Shown: positions 52,557 through 64,000 of the stretch, in pieces | Layout: each line of letters opens with the position of its first letter | Position numbering within the stretch: the first letter of the stretch is position 1 | Assembly: GCF_006345805.1 (NCBI RefSeq) | Contig: NC_043005.1 | Span: forward strand, 2,356,001-2,420,000 | Origin: Octopus sinensis | Lineage: Eukaryota | DNA: 64,000 bases | Direction of reading: 5' to 3' | Program-made: the position numbers and the translations under genes | Notes under the pieces: generated by a model | Database searches by the model: none | The model's input: the letters and a program-made list of their open reading frames with translations, nothing else | What the model was told of the DNA's origin: nothing

Positions 52557-52935
52557 ACAATTGAGGGTAAAATTAATTAATCAATTTCACCAAGTGTTCA
52601 GTATGTAAAAGGACCATTTAAGGCGAATTCAAAATATTACATTATTAATTAGGGCTTAGTAAAATAAATTACTTTGCCACATACTGAACTTAGTAGAAAT
52701 AGCAGCCAAAAAAAATTTTTTTAGCCGTTTCTACTACTTAAAGAAAATTTCTCTCAGATAATGTGTTACTCCAGACAGCTCACGAAGGTTGGAGGTAAAT
52801 ACAGAAAAATATCACAAGTACATAGATCGTTTGAGTACGTCAACGTTTCAGATTAGCCAAGTAAAATCAGCATTTCTTTCGTCAGCTCAAAATTTCTAAT
52901 TTCTTAAACATTATCTGAGAGAAATTTTTTAAGTA
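52555..52935 (-). mobile_element. Small non-autonomous Penelope-type/retrozyme-like element carrying the hammerhead, inserted in (TA)n
   Basis: About 380 bp of non-coding sequence bounded by (TA)n on both sides. It contains the ribozyme and a 20-bp perfect inverted repeat (52745-52764 / 52908-52927) enclosing it. Confidence 0.6.
52830..52891 (-). ncRNA. Type I hammerhead ribozyme with intact catalytic core
   Basis: Minus strand: UUUGAG-CUGACGA-A-AGAAAUGCUGAUUUUACUUGGCUAAUCU-GAAA-CG(UUGA)CG-UA-CUCAAA. Stem I is UUUGAG/CUCAAA (6 bp). Stem II is AGA/UCU plus GCUGA/UUGGC. Stem III is ACG/CGU with a UUGA loop. The cleavage triplet is GUA (cut between 52836 and 52835). Confidence 0.85.
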
Positions 52936-52937
52936 TT

Positions 52938-52980
<43 letters not shown>

Positions 52981-53013
52981 TGTGTGTATATATATATATA
53001 TTATATATATATA

Positions 53014-53070
<57 letters not shown>

Positions 53071-53427
53071 GGGTGAGAGACAGACGACGGACAGATTATC
53101 GAGGTAGAATTTCATAAAATAAGGAGACACAAAATGTCCGTACCTGCAACGGGAGTTTTGTTGATATTGTCAATTTCCTTTTCTTCATAATCATCATCAT
53201 CATCATCATCAACAGCAATAACAATAAAAACATTTCCAACAAAGATAATAACATCATCATCATCATCATCGTCCTCATCGATACCGTCGTCGCCATATTA
53301 TACATCATCATTATCATTATCGTCAACCGCATTATACTTTTATTATTATTGATATTAGCATTGTTATTATTATTAGTATAATTATTATATTTATAATTTC
53401 TATTATTCATATTATTAGTCTCGTTCT

Positions 53428-53565
53428 TTACTTTCTGCCGACCTTGTCCAAATCAGGAATATTAATCAATGTATCGATCATGCCGTGATTACGTTTGGAC
53501 AAACCCCGCGGTTTATCCATGTGAATTGCTATCTCCAGAATTTTGCTGGCTAAACCAATTATTTC
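53428..53565 (-). CDS. Pdf: Terminal coding exon of a cerebrin / pigment-dispersing factor (PDF)-family neuropeptide precursor
   Basis: The minus strand has a strong acceptor (TTTTTTTTCTCTCTCGTTTCAG, AG at 53567-53566). The phase-0 exon reads EIIGLASKILEIAIHMDKPRGLSKR-NHGMIDTLINIPDLDKV-GRK*. The 17-mer between KR and the amidation signal GRK matches recalled Aplysia cerebrin NGGTADALYNLPDLEKI-amide at 9/17 positions, and the preceding EIIxLA helix matches cerebrin precursors. The signal-peptide exon was not identified. Confidence 0.9.
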   Translation of the reverse strand, partial: EIIGLASKILEIAIHMDKPRGLSKRNHGMIDTLINIPDLDKVGRK

Positions 53566-53688
53566 CTGAAACGAGAGAGAAAAAAACAATAAGAATATCA
53601 ACAAGCGAATAAATCACTGGTGATGGCAGCCATGGCTGTAATCAGCGAGATCTCGTCCGAGCAACGTTATTACGATTATTGTTGTTGT

Positions 53689-53734
<46 letters not shown>

Positions 53735-53999
53735 TATGTGTGTGTGTGTACAAACATGTATATAATAAGCATAAAAGGCGTCTTTGTAATTTGCGCTGGG
53801 AACATTAACTCACAGATTAACGATCGTTGTTTTTGCTGTGGCGTTTGTATTTGTCTGTGTGGCGGTTCTGTGGAATAATTGCATGGCTATCGGTGGATCG
53901 AAGCTAAATATATGTACTTATGTGTATATATATATATATATTTGTGTGTGCATACACACATACACAGTAACACACATACACGCGCGCGAACACACACAC

Positions 54000-54040
<41 letters not shown>

Positions 54041-54425
54041 AATATATGTATGTATATTTAATATAATATATATATTATATTTATATATATATGAAGAGTG
54101 CGAAAAAGTGCGTTTTAATATTATTTTGTATGTTTTCACGCACAAACACACACACACACACACTCACACACACACTCATACACACACATACACATCTATA
54201 TAAATACACATGCACACAGTGATAAATTCACATACACAGATAGACATACATGTCTGTGTGTCCCGATAGATGCGTATATAAGTATGAACATACACTGATG
54301 TAAATATATACAGATGTGTACATTATATGCATGTGTGTGTGTATGCAGGTGCGTTTCAATGTGTATGTCAATATGTATTGTTCTATTTTTGCCCTTTGCG
54401 CTTTTCCCTCATTTCCTCTGTGTGT

Positions 54426-54463
<38 letters not shown>

Positions 54464-54602
54464 ATTTGGATGTGTGTTCGGTAAATGATATGACAAAGAT
54501 TAAAGAAATTATTTGAAATTCTTCGCAATAAAGCGACACAATTCCGACAAAATACAAATTCTTCAGATCCGTGAGCGCGTTCGGTCACATGCACAACGCA
54601 CG

Positions 54603-54661
<59 letters not shown>

Positions 54662-54916
54662 ACATGCACACACTGACACTGTTGCTTAATAACCCCACCG
54701 CCACCTTCTCAAAACAATTACAACACTTACCCGTTCACCACTTGCATGTTTATCTATAACAAAGTCAATCATCACAATTATTTATTCATTTAGTTGTTGT
54801 TGTTGTTGTTGTTGTTGTTATTATTATTATCATCATCATCATCATCATCATTATTATTATTATTGTTTTTATTATTATTACTATTATTATTATTATCATT
54901 ATTATTATTATTATTA

Positions 54917-55010
<94 letters not shown>

Positions 55011-55013
55011 AAA

Positions 55014-55350
55014 GGCGGCGAACTGGCAGAATCTTTAGCATACCGGGTGAAATGCTTAGCAGTATTTCGTCTGCCATTACGTTCTGAGTTCAAATTCCGC
55101 CGAGGTCGACTTTGCCTTTCATCCTTTCGGGATCGATAAATTAAGTACCAGTTACGCACTGGGGTAGATATAATCAACTTAATCCATTTGTCCGTCCTTG
55201 TTTGTCTCCTCTGTGTTTAGCCCCTTGTTGGTAGTAAAGAAATAGGTATTTCATCTGTTGCTACGTTCTGAGTTCAAATTCCGACGAAGTCGACTTTGCT
55301 TTTCATCCTTTCGGGGTGGATAAATTAAGTACCAGTCGAATACTGGGGTC
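55014..55350 (+). mobile_element. SINE family A with partial 3' duplication
   Basis: GGCGGCGAACTGGCAGAATC head; junction AAAGAAATAGGTATTTCATCTG at about 55240-55260. Further partial cores lie at 55575-55650 and 56648-56765. Confidence 0.85.
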
Positions 55351-55383
55351 CCACAAATTCCAAGCCTCCTGCTTATAGGAGAA

Positions 55384-55445
<62 letters not shown>

Positions 55446-55990
55446 TACTACTACTACTACTACTACTACTACTTGCTGGAACCACGAAAAATTCACAGTA
55501 AACATAAAAAATGTAAGCATCTGTAAACAGTGTACTGGTTCCGTGAGAAATGTTTGCATATTATGACCAACTGTCTTTACGCTCTGAGTTCAAATTCTGC
55601 CGAGATCGACTTTGCCTTTCATCCTTTCGGGGTCGATAAATTAAGTGTCACTTATGTAATCAACTGGCCCACTCCCTTCAAAATATTCAGGCCTAGAAAA
55701 GTATTTTGTGACAGTTATTGAATATAGAAAATAATGTAACACCAATGACTATACAATCCAACCAAAATATCACATTTAGACAAACGTAAACGGAATTACT
55801 ATTTAACCTTAGAATATGTCGTACATATTCAAAGAACCTTAATGTACAAATTGAAATGCAAAAGAACGAATTAATAAATGGATTTATGAATGAAAGTTTG
55901 GTAATTGCGTTTATTTCCACAACGCAACACTTATTATTGTAAACATGTTTTAAAACTAACCTAAACTATACACACACACACACAAATACA

Positions 55991-56060
<70 letters not shown>

Positions 56061-56606
56061 TCGAGTTGTGGCTGTATTCAAAGGGGCCAGCTTTGTCATA
56101 TTCTGTGTGAGGCTGAATCTCCATGAGAACTACGTTAATGTTATGCCTGTCTGTGGAGTACTCAGCCATTTGTGAGTTAATTTTATCCTCGTGTGGTAAT
56201 GAAAAGTGAAATTGACATCCAATATTTGGTGTTAGTATTATCTACGTATAAACTTTTCTTTGGATTTACTGTCTCTCTCCCTTTCTCTCTTTCTCTTTCA
56301 CTTCCTTTGTGTCCCACTTCTTTTCTCCGTATGATTTAACAATGTATATCTATCTATGTATCTACTTCTCTTGCGATGTGATAAACATTTAAAAACACAA
56401 AACAAACGCCGTCACCACTCATTGTCGCTTTCACTCTCTCTCTCTTTCTCACTCAGTCTCTCACTCTCCCTTTCTCTCTCTCATTCTCTCTCTCTCTCTC
56501 TCTCTCTCTTACTTCCTCTCTGTCCGCCTCTCTCTGTCTCGCTTTGACACTTCTTTGAAGTAAGTCTGACGCACATAACAGGTACGTACAGAAACAAAAA
56601 GGTAGC

Positions 56607-56647
<41 letters not shown>

Positions 56648-56765
56648 TGCCTTTCATCCTTTCGGGGTCAATAAATTAAGTACCAGTTACACACTGGAGT
56701 CGATGTAATCGATTGTCCTCCCCCACCCCCAAAAGAATTCAGGACTTGTCTCTATAGTAGAAAAG

Positions 56766-56809
<44 letters not shown>

Positions 56810-56822
56810 CATTATTATTATT

Positions 56823-57188
56823 GAGTGAGTGAGAGAGCCACACATGCCATCAAAGTGACACTCGGGTACCACCATACGAAGCCCAATATACACCTCATGA
56901 CTACCTGTCAGATAAAGTAACACCAGCAACATGCATCACAACCACATTTGCGTGGCATGGTGATCTTATATCAAGATAAATGGCGCATGAGCATGCAGGT
57001 GGGGACCAGTTAGAATTTTCTTCGGGTTGATTAACACATTCCTCTCAAAAGGTCCCTGAATAAAGGTTGTTTAAGGATGTTGAACGAAACACCCATGTTT
57101 CCAGAAGTGAATTATCCAAGCTCCAAAGAGTCCCCCTCAACACACGGCTACGATGCTCCCCACTACTTCTGCACATATCGTCAGCCAC
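56823..57188 (-). mobile_element. Second partial copy of the 50276-51084 element
   Basis: GAGAGAGC..TGCCATCAAAGTGA..TGACTACCTGTC..AAAAGGTCCCTGAATAA..GCACATATCGTCAGCCAC. Confidence 0.8.
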
Positions 57189-57787
57189 CAACCTGTTGCT
57201 TCTGCAATTGCTCTACAGTCTTTTCTTGTCTTTTCTATTTTACGCACCAATAATTTCACACGCACTCACATATTATTTGTATGTATATGCGCTAGTGTGT
57301 GCGGTGTGTGTGTGTGTTGTGTGTGTGTGTGTGTGTGCATGTTTCTGTCCCAAACTCCCCCACCCACTAAAACATCAAACTAATCAGCACTCGGCCGATT
57401 TCCATTCCAGTTTGATCATCAATGTCCAAAATAGCCTCAGTCACTGGCAACAGCAGCTGATGGCATCAACGTGGTTATTTTAATGGACGTGATTGGTGTG
57501 TAGAGAGATATAAACAGTCCAGATTATCACACTTTATAAATATATATTTCATATTCACTTTATAAATGCATTTTCCAATTACACACACACACACACACAA
57601 ACACACATATACATATATATATACGCATACACACGCACACACACATTTATAAATAGGTTCTCGATCGATACAAAAAATATCTTCATATATTTCATGCTAT
57701 GCTGTCTCTACCAGCTTCCTGTTGCTATCACGTTAAAAACTCAGGTTTGACGGGTGTCATACGAAAATGCATATATATATGCCCACA

Positions 57788-57818
<31 letters not shown>

Positions 57819-57860
57819 GTACATACACATGTGCAAATATGTATATGTATATATGTATAC

Positions 57861-57962
57861 TTTATTTAAAAGCAGCAGAAATATAACAAAAGCTGTTACT
57901 CGGAGTTTCACGTGAAACTCCGAGTAACAGGTTTTATTCTATTTCTGCTGCTTTTAAATAAA
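57861..57962. repeat. 102-bp loop-less palindrome (51-bp arms, 3 mismatches) centred on CACGTG
   Basis: TTTATTTAAAAGCAGCAGAAATATAACAAAAGCTGTTACTCGGAGTTTCAC|GTGAAACTCCGAGTAACAGGTTTTATTCTATTTCTGCTGCTTTTAAATAAA. Confidence 0.95.
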
Positions 57963-58143
57963 GCATATTACTCTACCTCTGGTATTTGAGTACTCTTTTT
58001 TCCACCTTGTTTCACATTTATGTGCTTACTCCGGTATGTATGCATGTATAGATAGATACATACATACATACATACATACATACATACATTCATACATACA
58101 TACATACATACATACATACATACATACATACATACACACAAAC

Positions 58144-58174
<31 letters not shown>

Positions 58175-58192
58175 CATACATACATACATACA

Positions 58193-58800
58193 TGATGGTC
58201 ATCCACTCGTGACCGAGGAAGACCATTGCCGACCTTCAGGAACATTGTGCGCTCTAGGACTAACTTATATTTTGCATTTCTGGCTCTGTTGGTGGCTAAA
58301 GAACCCTATTCTTGACAAGCATATACAATTGCAAACATTGCAGACCAAACTTTCCCCATTCACTACCCTAGCAGTGCGCTTTCGAGCAGCACGCTTAAAT
58401 TCTTCGTGAAGAATACGTGCTCTCCCAAATGTGTCGACCCCTCCTTAACCTGCTTCCTCCATCTGTGGCGATGACAGGCATTGCTCTCCCAGTCAGTCTC
58501 CTGCATATTACGGGCCTTTAATGAGGACTTGACACAGTCCTTAAATTGCAGCTTTGGTTTCTGCCGGGGTCTCTTTCCATTCACAAGTTTCCCATATAGC
58601 ATCTGTTTAGGGATCCTACTATCCTTCATTCTAATAAGATGCCCAGTCCAACGTAACCGGTGCTTGTGCACCATCGCCTCAATACTCAAGGTATCAGCTT
58701 TCCTCAGGACATGTGTATCCGGAGATTTCAAGGTCCAGCCAACATTCAGGGCGTGTATAAGTCTTGAAAAAATTACAAAAATCGATTCCAAGTGAGAATG
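58193..58800 (-). mobile_element. RTE-clade LINE 3' fragment ending in a (TGTA)n tail
   Basis: SIEAMVHKHRLRWTGHLIRMKDSRIPKQMLYGKL..GKRPRQKPKLQFKDCVK..W. Confidence 0.9.
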
Positions 58801-59099
58801 CGGTCGATAAAGCCGTGGGGACGTGCATTTATACGCGCAAGAACATCAGCTGTTGCGATGTACTTACTGGTACTTTAAGCTCTTCGGTTGCATTTTTGTG
58901 TGAATAAATTCGTTTTTCTTTGGAATAGAAAAAAGTCTGTCTTTATTTCTTCTTTTGCTAATGTCTCAAATTTAGGTTAAATCAGTGTTTCTCAAAGAGG
59001 AGGCCTATGGGACGGTCGGCAAAGTTCTTTTGAGAAAATTTGGTTTAAATGTTTGACAACTCAGCACCGTCCATTGGACGGGGGGCGGCGTTTTGCTCG

Positions 59100-60200
59100 T
59101 ATCTATATTAAACAGTAATAAATTAGCATCCACGGAAAGCTGGCGAGTGGTCGCATTGAGAAAAGGTGGAATGGCAATTTCTGCTATTGCCAAAGACATT
59201 AGCAGATCAAAGAGTGTTGTTTGAAGAATACTCAAGCTTTATGAAGAAATAAGTTCGTTTGTGTCAATAGAAAAACGCGAGCGATCACGGAAAACCAAGG
59301 TTTGAAAAGACCGTGTTGAAGTACCTTGATACTGCTGCATAAATTTTTCGCCAAGTAAATCGTTATTTGAAGGAAGATGGACTTCGTGCTTGTTCTCCCG
59401 CCAGTAAACTTCTCATCAGCAGGAAGAATCGAAAAGCGAAGTTAGTCTTTGCCAAAGAGCAAGTACTTTGGACGGGCGACAACTGGTCACGTGAGCTCTT
59501 CAGTAACGAAAGCAATTTCAGTTTGGTTGGCTCTGATGGAAGACAGTGCGTGAGATGTCGTAAAGGTGAAAGATTTCTCCCTAAATGCGTGAAGAAATCA
59601 ATGAAGTTTGGAGGTTGAGGTTTAATGATTTAGAGAATGATTTCTACAGCAGGTGTTGGGCCTCTCATCCGGATTCATGCGAATGTAAATGCAGACATAT
59701 ACAAAGACAGCGTTCTGCAGCCTGTACCAGCCATGAGGTCATCTCCACCTCAAGTTTACTATTAAGTCCACCCTACTAACAAAATTTAATTCTCATTATC
59801 CGGATATATAAATAATATAAATTATAGTAGTCCATTAAAGCCTTCTTTATTAGCTACAGTATGACTTGACATATAACTCATAAAATAAACCATCGTCAGC
59901 CAGTCTTTATGCAGAGTAATGCGTCACGTCATAATGCTGAAATAAAGGTGTTTGGAGCTGACAACATTCCTGTGATTCGTTGGCCAACTCAGAGCCTTAA
60001 CCTCAATCCCACTGAAAACTTATAAAAGTTATTTGGCAATAAGATCAGAAAGCACCGACCTTCGAATGTTACGATTTTGTGGGAAAACTTTCAGGAAGAA
60101 TGGAATAAAATTACATCAAAGCAGCGTGAGAAATTGGTTAAATCCTGTGAACGGAGATATACTGAAGTTATTGAAAATAAAGGAATGTGCACATATTAAT
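59100..60200 (+). mobile_element. Tc1/mariner transposase pseudogene
   Basis: HTH GMAISAIAKDISRSKSVV; LISRKNRKAKLVFAKE..W..LFSNESNFSLVGSDG..VR; WPTQSLNLNPTENL. It has multiple stops and an internal AT-rich insertion. Confidence 0.85.
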
Positions 60201-60469
60201 AAATTGACGTGGATTGTAAAAGTTTCGAGCAAAATTTTGATTTCTTGAATTTTACGCCATACATTCTCTAAATGTGACCGTCTTATATTTTTCAGATAAA
60301 CATTTTTCGATTATAAATGATTTAATTATTAATCACTTCCTACAAAATTTATTGTAAATAATGACCATACTTTAAAGCATTTACAGAGAAAATCCTATTC
60401 GGAAATATGAAGTAGAAATGTAAATATCTTTATTTTCCCTTTTCGTCCTCTATTGCGTGCGCTTGTATG

Positions 60470-60502
<33 letters not shown>

Positions 60503-60789
60503 CTGTGTGTGTGTGTGTGTATGTATGTATGCGTATATGTATATGTATGTATATATATATATGTATATATATGTATATATATGTATATATATATGTATAC
60601 ATACATATACATATATATGTATATATATATGTATATATACATATATATATATATTTATATATTTATATATACATATATATATATTTATATATGTATATAT
60701 ATATATATATACATATATACGTATATATGTGTGTGTGTGTATATGTATATATATGTATGTGTGTTTATTCTTTTATTTATTTTATTTGT

Positions 60790-61100
60790 TTCAACAATTT
60801 GACTGCGGCCATCCTGCGCACCACCTTTAGTCGAGCAAATCGACCCCAGGGTGTATTCTTTGTAAGCCTAGTAGTTAGTTTATCGGTCACTTTTGCCGCA
60901 CCGCTAAGTTATGGGTATGTAAACACACCAACAAATGATGGTCGGGGACAAACACGAACACACACACACACACACACACACACGCATTTGTCGGCCTGTG
61001 GCTATAGTAAAAGACACTTGCCCTAGATCCCACGCAGTGGGACTGAACCCGGAACCGTGCGGTTGGTAAGCAAGCTGCTTACCACACAGTCACTCTTGCG
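60790..61100 (-). mobile_element. SINE family B, rearranged
   Basis: Reverse complement of the tail (TTTAGTCGAGCAAATCGACCCCAG) and the head (GCAGTGGGACTGAACCCGGAACC..CTTACCACACAGTCACTCTTGCGC). Confidence 0.75.
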
Positions 61101-61130
61101 CTTGTGTGTGTGTGTGTATATGTACCTGTG

Positions 61131-61163
<33 letters not shown>

Positions 61164-61423
61164 GGGGAGGAGGGGACACTTATTTAAATATGGATGTCGA
61201 TTAAGTCGCCTACCTTCTGAAAGCAATACTTACGTGATAAGCAGCTGCCTAAAATGCCGACAGTGTTACTTCCTCCACAGATAAGGACATCTGCGTGGAG
61301 TTATTGTACGTTAAGACAAATACAGCAATTATTTCCGATGTGGAATATATTTAAATATATTTCTAAGTTCTAACAGAGTTACAAATGGAGCTACAAAATC
61401 CTCTTACAGGAATGTTTCCATAC

Positions 61424-61454
<31 letters not shown>

Positions 61455-62899
61455 AAGAAACGTATATATACATATACGTAGGTAAAAATATAAACACAAC
61501 CACCTACACACACCCCATCCACTCCCACACACATATATACTCGCATACATACATATATATATATAAAGGTACATACATACATATGCATACATATATACTT
61601 ACATACCTACATACCTACCTACCTACCTACACACATAATACATAAATGCATACACACAAATACATACACACATACATACACACACACATACATACGTACA
61701 TACATACACACACAAATACATACACACATACAAACATACATACAAACATACATACATACATACATACATACATACATACATACATACGCACATACGCACA
61801 TACATACATACATACATACATACGCACATACATACATACATACATACATACATACATACATACATACATACATACATACATACATACATACATACATACA
61901 TACGCACATACATACATACATACATACATACATACATACATACATACATACGTACATACATACATACATACATACATACATACATACATACATACATACA
62001 TAAATCTTTAAATAAACAGAATAATAACATACATATCAATCCTACGTGTTATATCTTTTGTGTGGGCGATATCACACACCTCAACAGCAACCCCACCGCC
62101 CATCCTCCATGGCATTATTGTACGACCTTCCAATGTATCATGTTACCGAAACAATTTACAATGTCATCAAGAGTAAAGCCTACCCGGGGGTGATTATGGC
62201 GAATACATCTGTTGTTGAATAAATCAACACGTATCAAGTCTAGGAATGTTGGCGGGACATCTCCATTAAAATGTCTACTAATTCTGAACATAAAATATCT
62301 GATAGAGTTGTTCAGAGGAGAATGTGTTGGCGGGCAGCTTTCAGGCAAAAGTGAACGGAGCATTTCGTTCCAAATCAAAAAGAACAAAATAACAAATAGA
62401 ACATGGACAACTGCTTCGTCATCAAAAGTTTCTCTGCCTTCATTAAACATTCCTAATTCTATCTTTAATTATGTTAATTTAATTCAGTCTTTAATTATGT
62501 GTACACTCTGCTACGTTAGTAAATAAAAAACGCAACGATTTTCAGACAAGGAAATTAACCAAGTTAATTGTAAAAATGAAAACGAACAGTAAAAATAATA
62601 AGAAATTTATCGCAGGTCAAATTTATGACCCACGTCTTGTTTGTTATCTAAATTTTAGCGACGGAATTTTAGTTGTTTGTTAGAAACCAGCCCGTTTATT
62701 GCAGGAACAAGTGAAATGTTTAAAACTCTAAGAATCGTACATAAATCCATAAGAAGGTGTTTGGCCGCGTTTCTCACTCGTTGATCTCACGATCAGAACG
62801 TCTTCTTATGCAGCTACTATGGTCGATGGCAGAGACTAACAACAACATGGTCCACAGAGCTGTAGCCAAGAACTGAAGCCACCACTAATAGAACTAATG

Positions 62900-63460
62900 T
62901 TCCAGATTGACCAATAATGCCTTTTTGTCTTATCAATGAACCCGCTGTCAGCCCTTATAAGGAAATACAAAGATTACATGACAAGAGCGACAGATGAAAA
63001 AAAATAATAATTTCACCCACAAGTTTTCCGTTGGTGACCTTAAACTGTACTTGAGACCAAATGACAGCTAGAAATGGCCACAACATCTATATGGATGGAG
63101 CTTGATCATGTTAAGTGTTCATAGTTCGTAGTGAAGGAAGGAAAAATTGTCTAACAGGTAAGGAATGGGGATATCAATGTCTTATCTATCTCCTCTATGA
63201 CCAGCAATAAATGTTACACCCTACAATGCTTTCGCAGTAGCAGTGCTAGCGGCAACACTTGGGATCTCAGTCTGGACAGATGAAGAAATTCACAACTTGG
63301 AGGAGTAAGTTCCACATCAACAATGACAGAAACAGATTCTATGTCAAAGAAAGGGTTCGAAGCAGAGGCAGGAGATCAGTTCGGGCGACCTCCGAGTACC
63401 GCATTGCATCACTTAAACAACGCTTACTAAAGACAGAAGTGAGTACAACACATGTATACT
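62900..63460 (+). mobile_element. Old R4-clade RT remnant
   Basis: LFVLSMNPLSALIRK, FTHKFSVGDLKLY and RFYV..RSRGRRSV..EYRIASL. Confidence 0.6.
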
Positions 63461-64000
63461 GAGCAGAAGAACTCCTTCATCGTTACTCTGATCGTATTCA
63501 GCTTTTCCATGTGTTTCTGTGGTTGGACTGAATTAATTAAACAGGAACTTGGGAAATAAGTATTCGTTTATATCAGCAGAAAGTTCTGCGTGGGTACATG
63601 TCCCTCAAGCTGGAGAATAAGAACATCATTGACAGGATGTATAGATGCTTCTCGATCTGTGATAGAACCATCACACCTCATCTAGAAGGTTGTCTTTGTT
63701 CTCCAGAACCAGGAGATTAGCAGCTAAATATCTGATCAATAAGTGTGATGATATAGATGTCTCTAAAGCTCCCCATTGTAATAGAAAATATCGATTATGA
63801 CTCACATCAGTAGCAGCTGTCCAAAAATATCCGCAAGATATTACAATTCCAAGGGCCGTAACACTGCCACCAAAACTATCTACAATTCTGTCTACCGTTA
63901 TTATTGACCATAATAACGACAAGCAAGAAATAGCACATATTCACACCTTTACAAATAAAGACAATTAGTAGAACCTTCCAGTAAACGCATCAATCTCGTA

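Noticed and set aside
53808-53910. Perfect minus-strand donor GTGAGT as the upstream cerebrin exon
   Set aside because: The required phase-0 frame has a TAA stop immediately before the last codon.
61223-61290. Minus-strand 57-nt exon candidate (CGCAG...GTAAGT) as the cerebrin signal-peptide exon
   Set aside because: It is stop-free only in phase 1 (DVLICGGSNTVGILGSCLS), which is incompatible with the phase-0 acceptor, and it is not signal-peptide-like; it could at most be a UTR exon.

Overview
AT-rich eukaryotic DNA dominated by microsatellites, tRNA-derived SINEs and decayed transposons. It is most likely from an octopod/coleoid cephalopod (inferred from the repeat landscape and a cerebrin-type neuropeptide; not verified). 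Two host genes are hidden in it that the ORF track misses or truncates. (1) A spliced + strand gene (15710-16029 joined to 21520-21709) encodes a 169-aa secreted protein with an 11-cysteine cystine knot that mixes bursicon-alpha-like motifs with Norrin/vWF-type C-terminal spacing. (2) A - strand last coding exon (53428-53565) encodes a cerebrin/PDF-family precursor, ...KR-NHGMIDTLINIPDLDKV-GRK*. About 540 nt downstream of that stop codon, on the same strand, is an intact type I hammerhead ribozyme (52830-52891) inside a small Penelope-type element; several decayed relatives lie elsewhere in the window. The remainder comprises many R4/Dong-like non-LTR fragments inserted in (AAT)n, plus Penelope-like, HERO, CR1/L2, RTE, piggyBac, Tc1 and gypsy remnants. 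There are also two kB/STAT-motif tandem arrays, 24-bp and 35-bp satellites, fold-back palindromes, a near-identical ~730-bp tandem duplication and a well-formed TATA/Inr promoter candidate on the - strand near 3.8 kb. All coordinates were read by hand; transposon boundaries are approximate.
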